A DNA stretch of 64,000 bases from an uncultured Candidatus Rokubacteria bacterium (GTDB lineage: Bacteria > Methylomirabilota > Methylomirabilia > Rokubacteriales > CSP1-6). Both the position numbers and the translations under genes were made by a program. Position 1 is the stretch's first letter. Every line of letters starts with the position of its first letter. Below are positions 39,821 through 51,600 of the stretch, piece by piece. Below the pieces are notes generated by a model. The model was not told the origin of the DNA. It did not search any database and worked only from the letters and a program-made list of their open reading frames with translations. The DNA is taken from NCBI GenBank assembly GCA_963758635.1, contig CAVWWD010000005.1, positions 224,001 to 288,000 of the forward strand, read 5' to 3'.

Positions 39821-40357
39821 TCATTCGGGCTTTCCCGGGTCCTTGCCGCGCTCCATGAAGTCCCCGGGCTTGATCGAGTCCAGCCACTCCTTGACCTTCG
39901 CCTCCTCCTCCACCTTCGGCGTGTCCTCGCCGCCCGCGCTCGACTCCTCCGCCGCGACCTCGACCTTCTGGGCGCGCTGGACCACGTCCTCGTTGACGAA
40001 GATGGGCGCGGCCACGCGAAGCGCGAGCGCGATGGCGTCCGAGGGCCGCGAGTCGACGGTGATCTCCGCGCCCCCGAGCTGCAGGTGGATCATCGCGTAG
40101 AAGGTGTTCTTGCGCAGGTCGGTCACGACCACCTTGAGCACGCGGGCCTTCAGGGACTCGAGGATGCTCTTGATGAGGTCGTGGGTCATCGGACGCGCGG
40201 TGGGGATCTTCTCGAGCTCGATGGCGATGGCGTTGGCCTCGGCCATGCCGACCCAGATCGGGAACGAGCGCTTGTCCTCGTGGTCGGACAGGACGAGCAC
40301 GGGCAGGTTCGAGACCGGATCCAGCGCGAGCTGCTTGACCTTCATCTCGACCCACAT
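39821..40357 (-). CDS. Bifunctional nuclease (DUF151)
   Basis: PIWVG..EA.AI, RPMTHDL, DSRPSDAIALA. Confidence 0.92.
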   Translation of the reverse strand: MWVEMKVKQLALDPVSNLPVLVLSDHEDKRSFPIWVGMAEANAIAIELEKIPTARPMTHDLIKSILESLKARVLKVVVTDLRKNTFYAMIHLQLGGAEITVDSRPSDAIALALRVAAPIFVNEDVVQRAQKVEVAAEESSAGGEDTPKVEEEAKVKEWLDSIKPGDFMERGKDPGKPE

Positions 40358-40369
40358 GACGGGCTCCTC

Positions 40370-41707
40370 CTACGCCGCGGACTCGACGGCGGGCGCATCG
40401 ACGAGCTCTCCGCGCAGGCTGTGCGGCAGCGCCTGACGGATCCGGACGGGGACGACCTCGCCCTGGAAGTCGCGCCCCTCGGGATCGAAGTTGACGACAC
40501 GGTTGCACGGCGTGCGCCCGGTGGCCTCCGCGGGGTTCCGGCGCGACGCGCCTTCCACCAGGATGTCCATCACCCGCCCCTCGAGGGCCCGGCTCCGCTC
40601 CGCGGCCACCCGGCCCGCGACCTCGAGGATCCGGGTGTTGCGCGCGGCCTTGACCGTGTCGGGCACCTGGTCGGGCATGGCCGCGGCCGGCGTGCCGGGC
40701 CGGCGCGAGTAGCGGAAGGCGAAGACGTTGTCGTACCCGACCCGCTCGACCATCGCCACGGTGGCCTCGAAGTCGGCGTCGGTCTCCCCCGGGAAGCCCA
40801 CGATGAGATCGGTCGAGAGCGCGAGGTCGGGCACGGTGGCCCGCAGCTCCTCGATGAGGGCCAGGTAGTCGCCGCGCGTGTAGCCCCGGTTCATGGCCTC
40901 GAGGATCCGGTCCGATCCCGACTGCAGCGGCAGGTGCAGATACCGCATCACCTTGGGCAGGTCGCGGAGCGCGCGGATCAGCCGCGAGGTCAGGTTGTAC
41001 GGGTTCGACGTGGTGAACCGGATGCGCGCGATGCCGGGGATCTCGCTCACGCGCTCGAGAAGATCGGCGAGGTCGGTGGCCGGGTGGAGGTCACGCCCGT
41101 AGGCGTTGACGGTCTGGCCGAGCAGCGTGACCTCGCGGCAGCCGGCGGCGACGAGGCCGCGGATCTCCTCGACCACCGTCTCGGGCGGATGGCTGCGCTC
41201 GCGGCCGCGCGTCGTCGGCACGACGCAGAACGTGCAGTGCTTCTCGCACCCCTCCATCACGGTCACGAAGGCCTTGAGCCGCGGGCCCTCCGTGGGTCGC
41301 GCGAGGATCTTGACGAGCGGCCCCTCGCCGGTGTCGAGGATCGGGCGTCGCTCCGCGCGGGCCCGCGCCACCAGGTCCTGGACGCGCGCGATGGCCGGCG
41401 AGCCGAACACGAGGTCCACGTAGGGCGCGCGCTCCTGGATGCGCTCCTGCTGGAGCTGGGCCATGCAGCCCATGACGCCGATGATGAGCTCGGGATTCTT
41501 CCGCTTGAGGTGCTTGAGGGCGCCGAGCTGGGAGAACACCTTCTCCTCGGCCTTCTCGCGGATCGAGCAGGTGTTCAACAGGATCACGTCGGCCTCGTCG
41601 GCCCGGTCGGTGAGCTCGTAGTCGGAGCGGCCGAGCAGGCCGGCGACCCGCTCGGAGTCGTACTCGTTCATCTGGCAGCCGTACGTGATCAGGTGGAGTT
41701 TGGACAT
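40370..41707 (-). CDS. miaB: tRNA methylthiotransferase MiaB
   Basis: TYGCQMN..DS, NTCSIREKAE, GCEKHCTFC, TRAM domain. Confidence 0.95.
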   Translation of the reverse strand: MSKLHLITYGCQMNEYDSERVAGLLGRSDYELTDRADEADVILLNTCSIREKAEEKVFSQLGALKHLKRKNPELIIGVMGCMAQLQQERIQERAPYVDLVFGSPAIARVQDLVARARAERRPILDTGEGPLVKILARPTEGPRLKAFVTVMEGCEKHCTFCVVPTTRGRERSHPPETVVEEIRGLVAAGCREVTLLGQTVNAYGRDLHPATDLADLLERVSEIPGIARIRFTTSNPYNLTSRLIRALRDLPKVMRYLHLPLQSGSDRILEAMNRGYTRGDYLALIEELRATVPDLALSTDLIVGFPGETDADFEATVAMVERVGYDNVFAFRYSRRPGTPAAAMPDQVPDTVKAARNTRILEVAGRVAAERSRALEGRVMDILVEGASRRNPAEATGRTPCNRVVNFDPEGRDFQGEVVPVRIRQALPHSLRGELVDAPAVESAA

Positions 41708-41757
41708 GAAATTCAGGAGTTACGTTAGCATCCGCTCCCGGTGATGTCAAAGAGCGG

Positions 41758-42711
41758 TCAGACGGCTTCTTCGAAGACTCCGATCCTGCGGAACTTCTCG
41801 TAGCGCTCCTGCACGAGCCGCTCGGCCGACCGCGAGCGGAGCTGCCAGAGCTGGTCGCGCAGCGCGGCGCGGAGGTTCGTGGCCGTCTGCTCCCAGTTGC
41901 GGTGGGCGCCCCCGACCGGCTCGGGGACGACACCGTCGATGACCCCCAGGCGGAGGAGGTCGGCGGCGGTCGTGCGCATGAGGCGCGCCGCTTCCGGCGC
42001 CTTGGCCGCGTCGCCCCACAGGATGGCCGCGCAGCCCTCGGGCGAGATCACCGAGTAGATTGCGTGCTCGAGCATGAGGACGCGGTTGCCCACGCCGATG
42101 GCGAGCGCGCCGCCGCTGCCCCCTTCCCCGGTCACGACGCACACGATGGGCGTGGAGAGCGCCGACATCTCGCGCAGGTTGCGCGCGATCGCCTCGGCCT
42201 GGCCGCGCTCCTCGGCCCCGAGCCCCGGATAGGCGCCGGGCGTGTCGATGAGCGTGACGATCGGCTTGCCGAACCGCGCGGCGAGCTGCATGACCCGCAG
42301 CGCCTTCCGGTAGCCCTCGGGATGCGGCATGCCGAAGGTGCGCGCGATGTTCTCGCGGGTGTCACGCCCCTTCTGGTGCCCGATCACCGCGACGGGCTCC
42401 CCCTCGAACTGGGCGAGGCCGGCCACGATGGCGGCGTCGTCGCCGAAGACGCGATCGCCGTGCAGCTCGATGAAGTCCTCGAACAGGAGCCGGACCAGGT
42501 CCAGCGTGTGCGGCCGCTTGGGATGGCGGGCGATCTGCGCGCGCTGCCACGGCGTGAGGCTCCCGTACACGCGCTGCTGGAGGCGGCGGAGACGGTCGCC
42601 GAGGCGGGCGATCTCGTCGCGGACGGCGAGCGGATCCTCGGAGGCGGAGAGCTCGGCGATGCGGTTCTCCAGCTCGAGGATCGGCTTCTCGAACTCAAGC
42701 TCGTCCGGCAT
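41758..42711 (-). CDS. accA: Acetyl-CoA carboxylase carboxyltransferase alpha
   Basis: [30 protein letters not shown]. Confidence 0.96.
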   Translation of the reverse strand: MPDELEFEKPILELENRIAELSASEDPLAVRDEIARLGDRLRRLQQRVYGSLTPWQRAQIARHPKRPHTLDLVRLLFEDFIELHGDRVFGDDAAIVAGLAQFEGEPVAVIGHQKGRDTRENIARTFGMPHPEGYRKALRVMQLAARFGKPIVTLIDTPGAYPGLGAEERGQAEAIARNLREMSALSTPIVCVVTGEGGSGGALAIGVGNRVLMLEHAIYSVISPEGCAAILWGDAAKAPEAARLMRTTAADLLRLGVIDGVVPEPVGGAHRNWEQTATNLRAALRDQLWQLRSRSAERLVQERYEKFRRIGVFEEAV

Positions 42712-45700
42712 ACTCCACGATCACGCTGCCGCGCCCGAGCAGGCGCTCCACCCCGGTCACGAGCTCGGCCTCCGGGCTCACGCCGCCGCCGGACACCTTC
42801 ACCACCACCTCGTGATCGGCGAGGAGGACGTGGAGGAACAGCGGGGTCGTGCCGGGATACGCCTGGCACAGCGCGCGCACCTCGGCGAGCCGGTCCTCGA
42901 TGGGCGGCCCGTCGGCGCGGACCCGGATGCGGCAGGTGTGAGCGTGCGCGTTGCCGTTGCCGTTCCCGGCGTGCGCGCTCGCGCCACCGTCTCCTCCCCG
43001 CCCCGGGTGCCCGTTGGCCGCCGCCGGTTCGCCGTTGACCACGTGGATCTCCTCGGTCAGGAGCACCCGCCCCTTGTCGGTGTCGTCGATGCGGCCCTTG
43101 ACCAGGACCGGCCCGGTGCTGCGGAGCGCGGGCCCGCAGGTCTTGAGCGCTTCCGGAAAGATGGTGAGAGCCACCGCGCCATCCACGGCCTCGAGCGTGG
43201 CGAAGGCCATGCGGTTGCCGCTCTTCGTCGCGCGCTCGCGGACGCTGCCGATCTGGCCCAGCACGGCGACGCGCGCGCCCACCGGGCGGCTGGCGAGCTC
43301 GGTGACGGAGAGACTGCCGAGCTGGCGCGCCGTCTCCCGGTAGCGCTCCAGGGGGTGGCCGGACAGGTAGAAGCCGAGCACCTCCTTCTCGTAGCCGAGG
43401 AGCTGGTCGTGTGACCACTCCGGCATCGACGGCAGCGGGCTCTCCGGCGCGGCCGCCGCCTCGGGCCCGGCGACCAGCGCATCGAACAGCGAGCCCTGCC
43501 CTTCCTCGCGCTCCCGCTGGCGCCGCTGCCCGCCCTCCATGGCCTGGTCGAGCCCGGCGAGCAGGCTGGCCCGCGTGGCCCGGAGCGAGTCGAACGCGCC
43601 CGCCTTGATGAGGCTCTCGAACACGCGCCGGTTCACCATGCGCAGGTCGACGCGGGTGCAGAAGTCGGCGAGGCCGGTGAACGGGCCGCTCGACTCGCGG
43701 AGCGCGATGATCGACTCGATCGCGGTGGCGCCCACGTTCTTGATGGCGGCCAGGCCGAAGCGAATCGTGTCGCCCGCCACCGTGAACTTCGACCCGGAGA
43801 GGTTCACGTCGGGGGGCACGACGGCGAGGCCCATGGCCCGGCACTCGTCCATGTACTGGACGATCTTGTCCGTCTTCTCCATTTCCGAGGTGAGCAGCGC
43901 GGCCATGTACTCGACCGGGTAGTTCGCCTTGAGGTACGCGGTCTGGTAGGCGACCAGCCCGTAGCACGCGGCGTGGGAGTTGTGCACGGCGATGCCGTTG
44001 GCGATGAAGCTCGCCGCCCCGGGCACCTCGAAGTCGTAGGTCGCCTCGGTGCCCTCCCGCGCGTAGCCTTTCGGCCTCGACCAGGCGACGGGCGCATCGG
44101 CGAGGCTCTCGAGCGTGGGCGAGTCGAGGCGGCGGGCGAGCCAGGCCAGCGTGTCGCGCCGCATGCCGCGCTTGCGCGTGTCGCCGAAGAGGAGCCGGTG
44201 GGAGATGCCGAGCGCGCGCGCGCCCGCGGCGAGCGACGGGTAGTGCTTGAGCACCGCCTCCCGCACCGGCTCGAGACAGAGCGCGGCCGGGACGACGTCG
44301 ACGGTGCCCCGGGCCAGGAGCCCGGGCGCGCCCCGGAACGCGCCGACCAGCGCGGCGAGCGCTCCGGGCTTGTCGCCGACCAGGTGCGGTCCGACGAGCG
44401 CCTGGAACCGCTCGAACGACGCGCGCCCGCCGGTGAGGTTCACGGTGTAGCCGGTCCGCCGGCCTCCCCGGTACGCGAACGACTTCGTGTGGATCGTGGA
44501 CGGAAGGTCCAGCTTCAAGAGGAGACGCTGGACGTCGGCGGCCAGCCCCCGCGACGACGTGGCGTAGTAGATCGATCGCGTGGGCGCGTGGATGCAGCCG
44601 TCGCCCTGGAAGAGCTTGCCCACGAGGGCGGTGATCCCCTCCCGGTCCCAGCGGTCGGCGATCGCGGGCACGCGCTTGTCGAGCGCCGTCCGGCCGCGGA
44701 GCCCGCACGTCTCGAGCACGAATCGGACCGCTTCCGACGCGGCGGCGCGATCGCATCGGGCCGGTCGGACCGAGGCGGCGCTGTCACCCGACCGGCGCTC
44801 CACGCGGGCGCGCGTGTTCGGGAAGTGCTCGAGCACGTCGGCCATGTCCGCGAGCTCGGCCTCGCTCGACGAGTAGAGGTAGAAATGGCTCTCGTAGCCG
44901 AGGGAGCCCTCGGACAGCGCATAGCCCAGGAGCGCGGGATGGTGGGCGGCCACCGGCTCGGTCCCGCACGGCACCCGTCGCGCCACGGCGACGAAGTCGG
45001 CGTCGGTGAGCGCCTCCGCGTCCACCCATCCGCGCTGCGTGAACACCGGATGGTCCGGGGTACAGCGGACGGACATGCCGTTGGCGAGACGGAGCCGGCC
45101 GACCGGACGCACGCCGCTCGGCCGCACGCCGAGGGCCGGGAACACGCCGTCCTTGGTGAGCACCCGATCGCCCGATCCGAACGTCCGTGATCGGCCGGCG
45201 CGTGCCGTCGGCCATCTCGATCTCGGTGTCGGCGGTCAGGCACTTGTTGAACCCGTAGCCGGCGAACTTCTCGATCAGCTCCCAGATGCGCTCGGCCTTC
45301 TTCGCCTCGATCTGGTTGGCGCGGCAGCCGACGACGAACTTGGCCTTCTGGGCGGCCATGAGGTCGCGGTCCTTCTTGCCCATGGCCTTGCGGAGCGTGT
45401 CGGCCTCGCCGAGCGAGAAGCCGGCGAGGTCGGCGGCCAGCCGCATGACCTGCTCCTGGTAGACCATGATCCCGTAGGTCTCCTGGAGGTGCCGCTCCAT
45501 CGCCGGATGCTCGTAGGTGATCTTCGACTCGCCGTGCTTGCGCTTGATGAAGTCGGGGATGAGGTCCATGGGCCCCGGGCGATACAGGGCGACCATGGCG
45601 ATGATGTCCTCGATGCGCTCGGGCCGGAGCCGCTGGAGCGCCTCGCGCATGCCCGCCGACTCCAGCTGGAACACGCCGTACGTGCGCGCGTCGCTCAGGA

Positions 45701-47488
45701 GCTGGTAGGTCCGGGCATCGTCGAGGGGGATCGTGTCGGGGTCCAGGGTGACGCCGCGCGAGGCCTTCACGAGATCGACGGCGTCCACGATGACGGTGAG
45801 CGTCCGGAGGCCGAGGAAGTCCATCTTCAGGAGCCCCAGCTTGTCGATGGGGCCCATCGCGTAGCCGGTGATCAGCTCCTGGCGCTTCGGGTCCTTGTAG
45901 AGCGGGATGCGCTCCATCAAGGGCTCGTCGGAGATCACGACGGCGGAGGCGTGGACGGAGGCGTGGCGGGTGCCGCCCTCCAGCGTCCTGGCCACGCCCC
46001 ACAGCTCGGCCACCCGCGCGTCGCGCTTGACGAGCTGGGCGAGCTCGAGCGACTTCTCCAGCGACTCGTCGAGCGTGATGTTGAGCGGGAAGCTCGGCAC
46101 GAGCTTCGCGATGCGATCGGCGTCGCCGTAGGACAGGCCGAGCACGCGGCCCACGTCGCGGATGACCGCCTTGGCCCCCATGGTCCCGAACGTGATGATG
46201 TGGGCGACGCGGTCCGCCCCGTAGCGGTCGACGACGTAGCGGATCACCTCGTCGCGCCGGTCGTCGGCGAAGTCGATGTCCATGTCGGGCATCGAGATGC
46301 GCTCGGGGTTCAGGAACCGCTCGAACAGGAGCCCGTAGCGGATGGGGTCCACGTTGGTGATGCCCAGGCAGTACGCGACGAGCGAGCCCGCCGAGGAGCC
46401 GCGCCCCGGCCCCACCGCGATGCCCTGCCGCCGCGCGTGGGCGATGAAGTCCCACACCACGAGGAAGTAGCCGGAGAAGCCCATCGAGGAGATGACGGAC
46501 AGCTCGTACTTGAGCCGCTCGGCGACGGCGTCGCCGGGGGCGTGGCCGTAGCGCCGGGTGAGGCCCTGCCCGGCCAGCTCCTCCAGGTAGGAGTCGAGCG
46601 TGTGCCCCTCGGGAACCTGGTAGCGCGGCAGGTGGAACTTGCCGAACGACAGGCCCAGGTCGCAGCGCTCGGCCACGGCGAGCGTGCTCCGGTAGGCCTC
46701 GGGGAGGTCGGCGAACACGCGGCGCATCTCGTCCGCCGACTTCAGGTAGAACTCCTCGGTGGAGAAGCGCCACCGGTTGGCGTCGTTCATGGTGGTGCCG
46801 GTCTGGATGCACAGGAGCGCCTCGTGGGCGCGCGCGTGGCCGGCCTCGAGGTAGTGCGAGTCGTTGGTGCCGCAGAGCGGCGCGCCGATCGCCTGCGCGA
46901 TGCGCACGGTGCCCGCGGTCGCCACGCGACTGGGCCTCGATCCCGTGCGACTGCACCTCCATGAAGTAGAAGTCCTTGCCGAACACCTCCTGGTACCAGC
47001 CCGCGACCTGCCGGGCCTTCGCCTCGTCGCCGTCGGTGAGGAGCCGGCTCACCTCGGAGTTGAGGCAGCCGGACAGGACGAGGAGCCCGTCGGCGTGCTG
47101 GGCGAGCAGCTCGCGGTCCACGCGGGGCTTGTAGTAGAAGCCCTCGAGGTAGGCGCGCGAGACGAGCCGGATCAGGTTCCGGTAGCCGGTCTCGTTCCGG
47201 ACCAGGACCGTGCAGTGGCTCGCGCCCTCGTAGCCGCCGTCCTGGGGCGAGCGCTCGAAGCGGCTGCCCGGGGCCACGTAGAGCTCGCAGCCGAGGATGG
47301 GCTTGATGCCCGCCTTCCGGCAACCGTCGTAGAAGTCGATGGCCCCGAAGAGGTTCCCGTGGTCGGTGATGGCCAGCGGCGGGAAAGTCGAGCGCCTTCG
47401 CCTTGGCCACGAGCTTGTCGAGCTGGGCGGCGCCGTCGAGCAGGCTGTACTCGGAGTGGACGTGCAGGTGGACAAAGTCGTTCGGCAT
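42695..47488 (-). CDS. dnaE: DNA polymerase III alpha subunit, intein-containing (frameshifts near 47390, 46925, 45170)
   Basis: [54 protein letters not shown]. Confidence 0.95.
43979..45242 (-). mobile_element. Intein with LAGLIDADG homing endonuclease in DnaE (about 421 aa)
   Basis: Starts CLTAD after GYGFNK; block [16 protein letters not shown] and [10 protein letters not shown]; ends [16 protein letters not shown] followed by S. Confidence 0.93.
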
Positions 47489-47581
47489 GAGTTCCCCGGT
47501 CAGCCGGTCATCTTCGGGAGCACGGACCTTGTAAAGCAACGTCTACGGACCCGCGTCATCTCGGTCGGGGCGGCCCCCTGG

Positions 47582-47639
47582 GGTTGCTTCCACTTCATTT
47601 CCATATTCGCTCGGCTCGCCTTCGGCTCACCTCGCAAAG

Positions 47640-47640
<1 letters not shown>
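47582..47640. repeat. Second dispersed repeat family, copy 2
   Basis: Shares core with 13062-13124; abuts guaA stop codon. Confidence 0.75.
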
Positions 47641-49186
<1,546 letters not shown>

Positions 49187-49315
49187 TCAGGTCGCTCTCG
49201 CGTGGAAGGCTCCACGCCACGGAGGGGCGGCGTCGAGTCGACGCCTGATCGGCGCGCGGCCACGCCGAGGCTCACCGACGCGGCCGCGGCAGCGGGGCCC
49301 GGCCACGCCGGGCGG

Positions 49316-50476
49316 CTACCGGGGCGAGCCCAGCTTCTGGGCCCGCTGGAAGACCTTGCCCTCGGTCTTGATCGACGGCGCGATGATCAGCTCGGTCTGC
49401 TGCAGCTCGCGGATGTCTCGCGCGCCGATCGACCCCATGCACGTGCGGATGGCGCCCACGAGGTTGAGCGTGCCGTCCTCGGTGAACGCGGGGCCGAACA
49501 GGATCTGCTCGAGCGGGCCGGCCACGCCCACGCGGATGCGCGTGCCGCGCGGCAGGTTCGAGTGCGGGGTGGCCATGCCCCAGTGGTAGCCGCGGCCCGG
49601 CGCCTCCTCGGCGCGCGCGAAGGCCGAGCCGATCATCACGGCGTCCGCGCCGGAGGCGAGCGCCTTGCAGATGTCGCCGCCCGTCGTCATGCCGCCGTCG
49701 GTGATGATCGGCACGTAGCGGCCGGTCTTCTTGTAGTAGAAGTCGCGCGCCGCCGCCGAGTCCGCGGTGGCGGTGACCTGGGGCACGCCCAGCCCGAGCA
49801 CCTCGCGGCTCGTGCACGCGGCGCCGGGGCCGACGCCGATCAGGAGGGCGTCCACGCCGCAGTCCATCAGCTCCAGGCACGCCTCGTACGTCACCGTGTT
49901 GCCGACGATGAGCGGGATCGAGAGGTGCTTCTTGAGGTCGGCGAGGTTCACCGGCGGATACTCGGTGGCGTAGTGACGCGCGGTCGTGACGGTGGACTGG
50001 ACGACGAAGAAGTCGGCGCCCGCCTCCTCGGCGATCTTGGCGAAGCGCTCGGCGCGCTGCGGGATCGCCGAGACCATCACCGGCCCGCCGCCCTTCTTGA
50101 TCTCGGAGATGCGCTTGTGGATGAGCTCTTCCTTGATCGGCTCGCCGTAGATGCCCTGGATGATGCGGGTCGCCTCTTCCAGGCTCGCGGAGGTGATGCG
50201 GTCGAGGACCTCGTCGGGATTCTCGTAGCGGGAGAAGATGCCTTCCAGGTTCAGGACGGCGAGGCCGCCGAGGCGGCCCATCTCGACGGCGAGCGCGGGG
50301 CTCACCACGCCGTCCATGGCGGCGGCGATGATCGGGATCTCGAACCGGTGCCCGCACAGCTCCCACGAGATGTCGACCTCGGTGGGGTTGATCGTGACCG
50401 TTCCCGGCACCAGCGCGATGTCATCGAAGCCGTACGCCGCCCGGGCCTTTCGGCCCCGCCCGACCCACATGCCCAT
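49316..50476 (-). CDS. GuaB3-type IMP dehydrogenase family protein
   Basis: AYGFDDIALVPG, AMDGV, GVGPGAACTSR, WGMATP..LPRG; upstream of guaA. Confidence 0.9.
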   Translation of the reverse strand: MGMWVGRGRKARAAYGFDDIALVPGTVTINPTEVDISWELCGHRFEIPIIAAAMDGVVSPALAVEMGRLGGLAVLNLEGIFSRYENPDEVLDRITSASLEEATRIIQGIYGEPIKEELIHKRISEIKKGGGPVMVSAIPQRAERFAKIAEEAGADFFVVQSTVTTARHYATEYPPVNLADLKKHLSIPLIVGNTVTYEACLELMDCGVDALLIGVGPGAACTSREVLGLGVPQVTATADSAAARDFYYKKTGRYVPIITDGGMTTGGDICKALASGADAVMIGSAFARAEEAPGRGYHWGMATPHSNLPRGTRIRVGVAGPLEQILFGPAFTEDGTLNLVGAIRTCMGSIGARDIRELQQTELIIAPSIKTEGKVFQRAQKLGSPR

Positions 50477-50578
50477 CCCGTGTCCCCCTTGATCGGGGTA
50501 TCCGAGCGAGCCGTCCACCCGCCGATACACCCGATATTTAGAGAGCTGCCGCCGTTCCTATACCGTATTTAGGGGTGA

Positions 50579-50608
50579 AGTATACGGGCGGCCGTCGAAG
50601 GCTGTCAA
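50579..50608 (-). promoter_or_regulatory. Sigma70 promoter for guaB3-guaA
   Basis: TTGACA-N18-TATACT on minus strand. Confidence 0.65.
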
Positions 50609-50641
50609 CCCCACTTGCCGGATCCGGGCGGCACCGGCGCG

Positions 50642-51415
50642 TCACGCCCGGGGCGTGGCCGCCTCCCAGATCATCCGCAGGCCCTCGAGGCGCAGATCGA
50701 GGTTCACGATCTGGATGCTCGCCGCCACCTCGCGCATCTGCGCGGCGAGGCCGCCCGTCCCGATGACCTTGGCGTCGCCGCCCAGCTCGGCGCGGATGCG
50801 CGCGACGAGGCCGTCGACGAGCGCGGCGTAGCCCAGGACCACGCCGGACTGGATGTTCGTCGCGGTGTTCGTGCCGATCGCGGTGGCCGGCGGGACGAGC
50901 TCCACGCGCGACAGCCGCGCCGCGCGCGAGATGAGGGCCTCGGCGGCCGTGAAGAGGCCGGGAGCGATGGCCCCGCCGACGAACTCCCCGCGCGCGTTGA
51001 CGCAGTCGAAGTTCGTCGCGGTGCCGAAGTCCACCACCACGAACGGCGCGCCGTAGAGGGCCAGCGCAGCCACGCAGTTGCACACCCGATCGGCGCCGAC
51101 CTCGCGGGGAGCGTCCACCTTGAGGGGCAGGTCCACATTGACACCGGGCAGCACGGAGAACGCGGGCACGCCGAAGTAGCCCTCGGCCACGCGCTCGAGC
51201 GTGCGCTGCACGGGCGGGACCACATTGGAGATGGCCACCGCGGTCACGCCGCGCGGATCGAGGCCCCGCGCGCGGAGGAGCGTCTCGATGAAGACGCCGT
51301 ACTCGTCGGGCGTCTGCTCGCGCCGGCTCGTGAGGCGCCACGACGCCACGAGTCGCGTGCCATCGTGGACGCCGACGCCGGTGTTGGTGTTGCCGACCTC
51401 GAGGAGGAGGAGCAC
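50642..51415 (-). CDS. coaX: Type III pantothenate kinase
   Basis: EVGNTN, VGADR, VVDFGTAT, GGAIAPG, TGG. Confidence 0.93.
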   Translation of the reverse strand: MLLLLEVGNTNTGVGVHDGTRLVASWRLTSRREQTPDEYGVFIETLLRARGLDPRGVTAVAISNVVPPVQRTLERVAEGYFGVPAFSVLPGVNVDLPLKVDAPREVGADRVCNCVAALALYGAPFVVVDFGTATNFDCVNARGEFVGGAIAPGLFTAAEALISRAARLSRVELVPPATAIGTNTATNIQSGVVLGYAALVDGLVARIRAELGGDAKVIGTGGLAAQMREVAASIQIVNLDLRLEGLRMIWEAATPRA

Positions 51416-51416
51416 G

Positions 51417-51600
51417 TCAGGCGAGCGCGGCGAGGCTTGCCGCGAGCTGTCCCGCCGTGGGGCCCATCACGCGAGCGCGGCGAGGCTTGCCGCGAGCTGT
51501 CCCGCCGTGGGGCCCATCACGCGAGCGCGGCGAGGCTTGCCGCGAGCTCTTTCCCGCCGTGGGGCCCATCACGCGAGCGCGGCGAGGCTTGCCGCGAGCT
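51417..51600 (-). repeat. Tandem repeat of valS 3' end (50, 50 and 52 bp units plus the native copy)
   Basis: GCGAGCGCGGCGAGGCTTGCCGCGAGCT at 51421, 51471, 51521, 51573. Confidence 0.95.

Noticed and set aside
51417..51600. valS-end repeat as a CRISPR array
   Set aside because: Intervening sequences are essentially identical, so it is a tandem repeat
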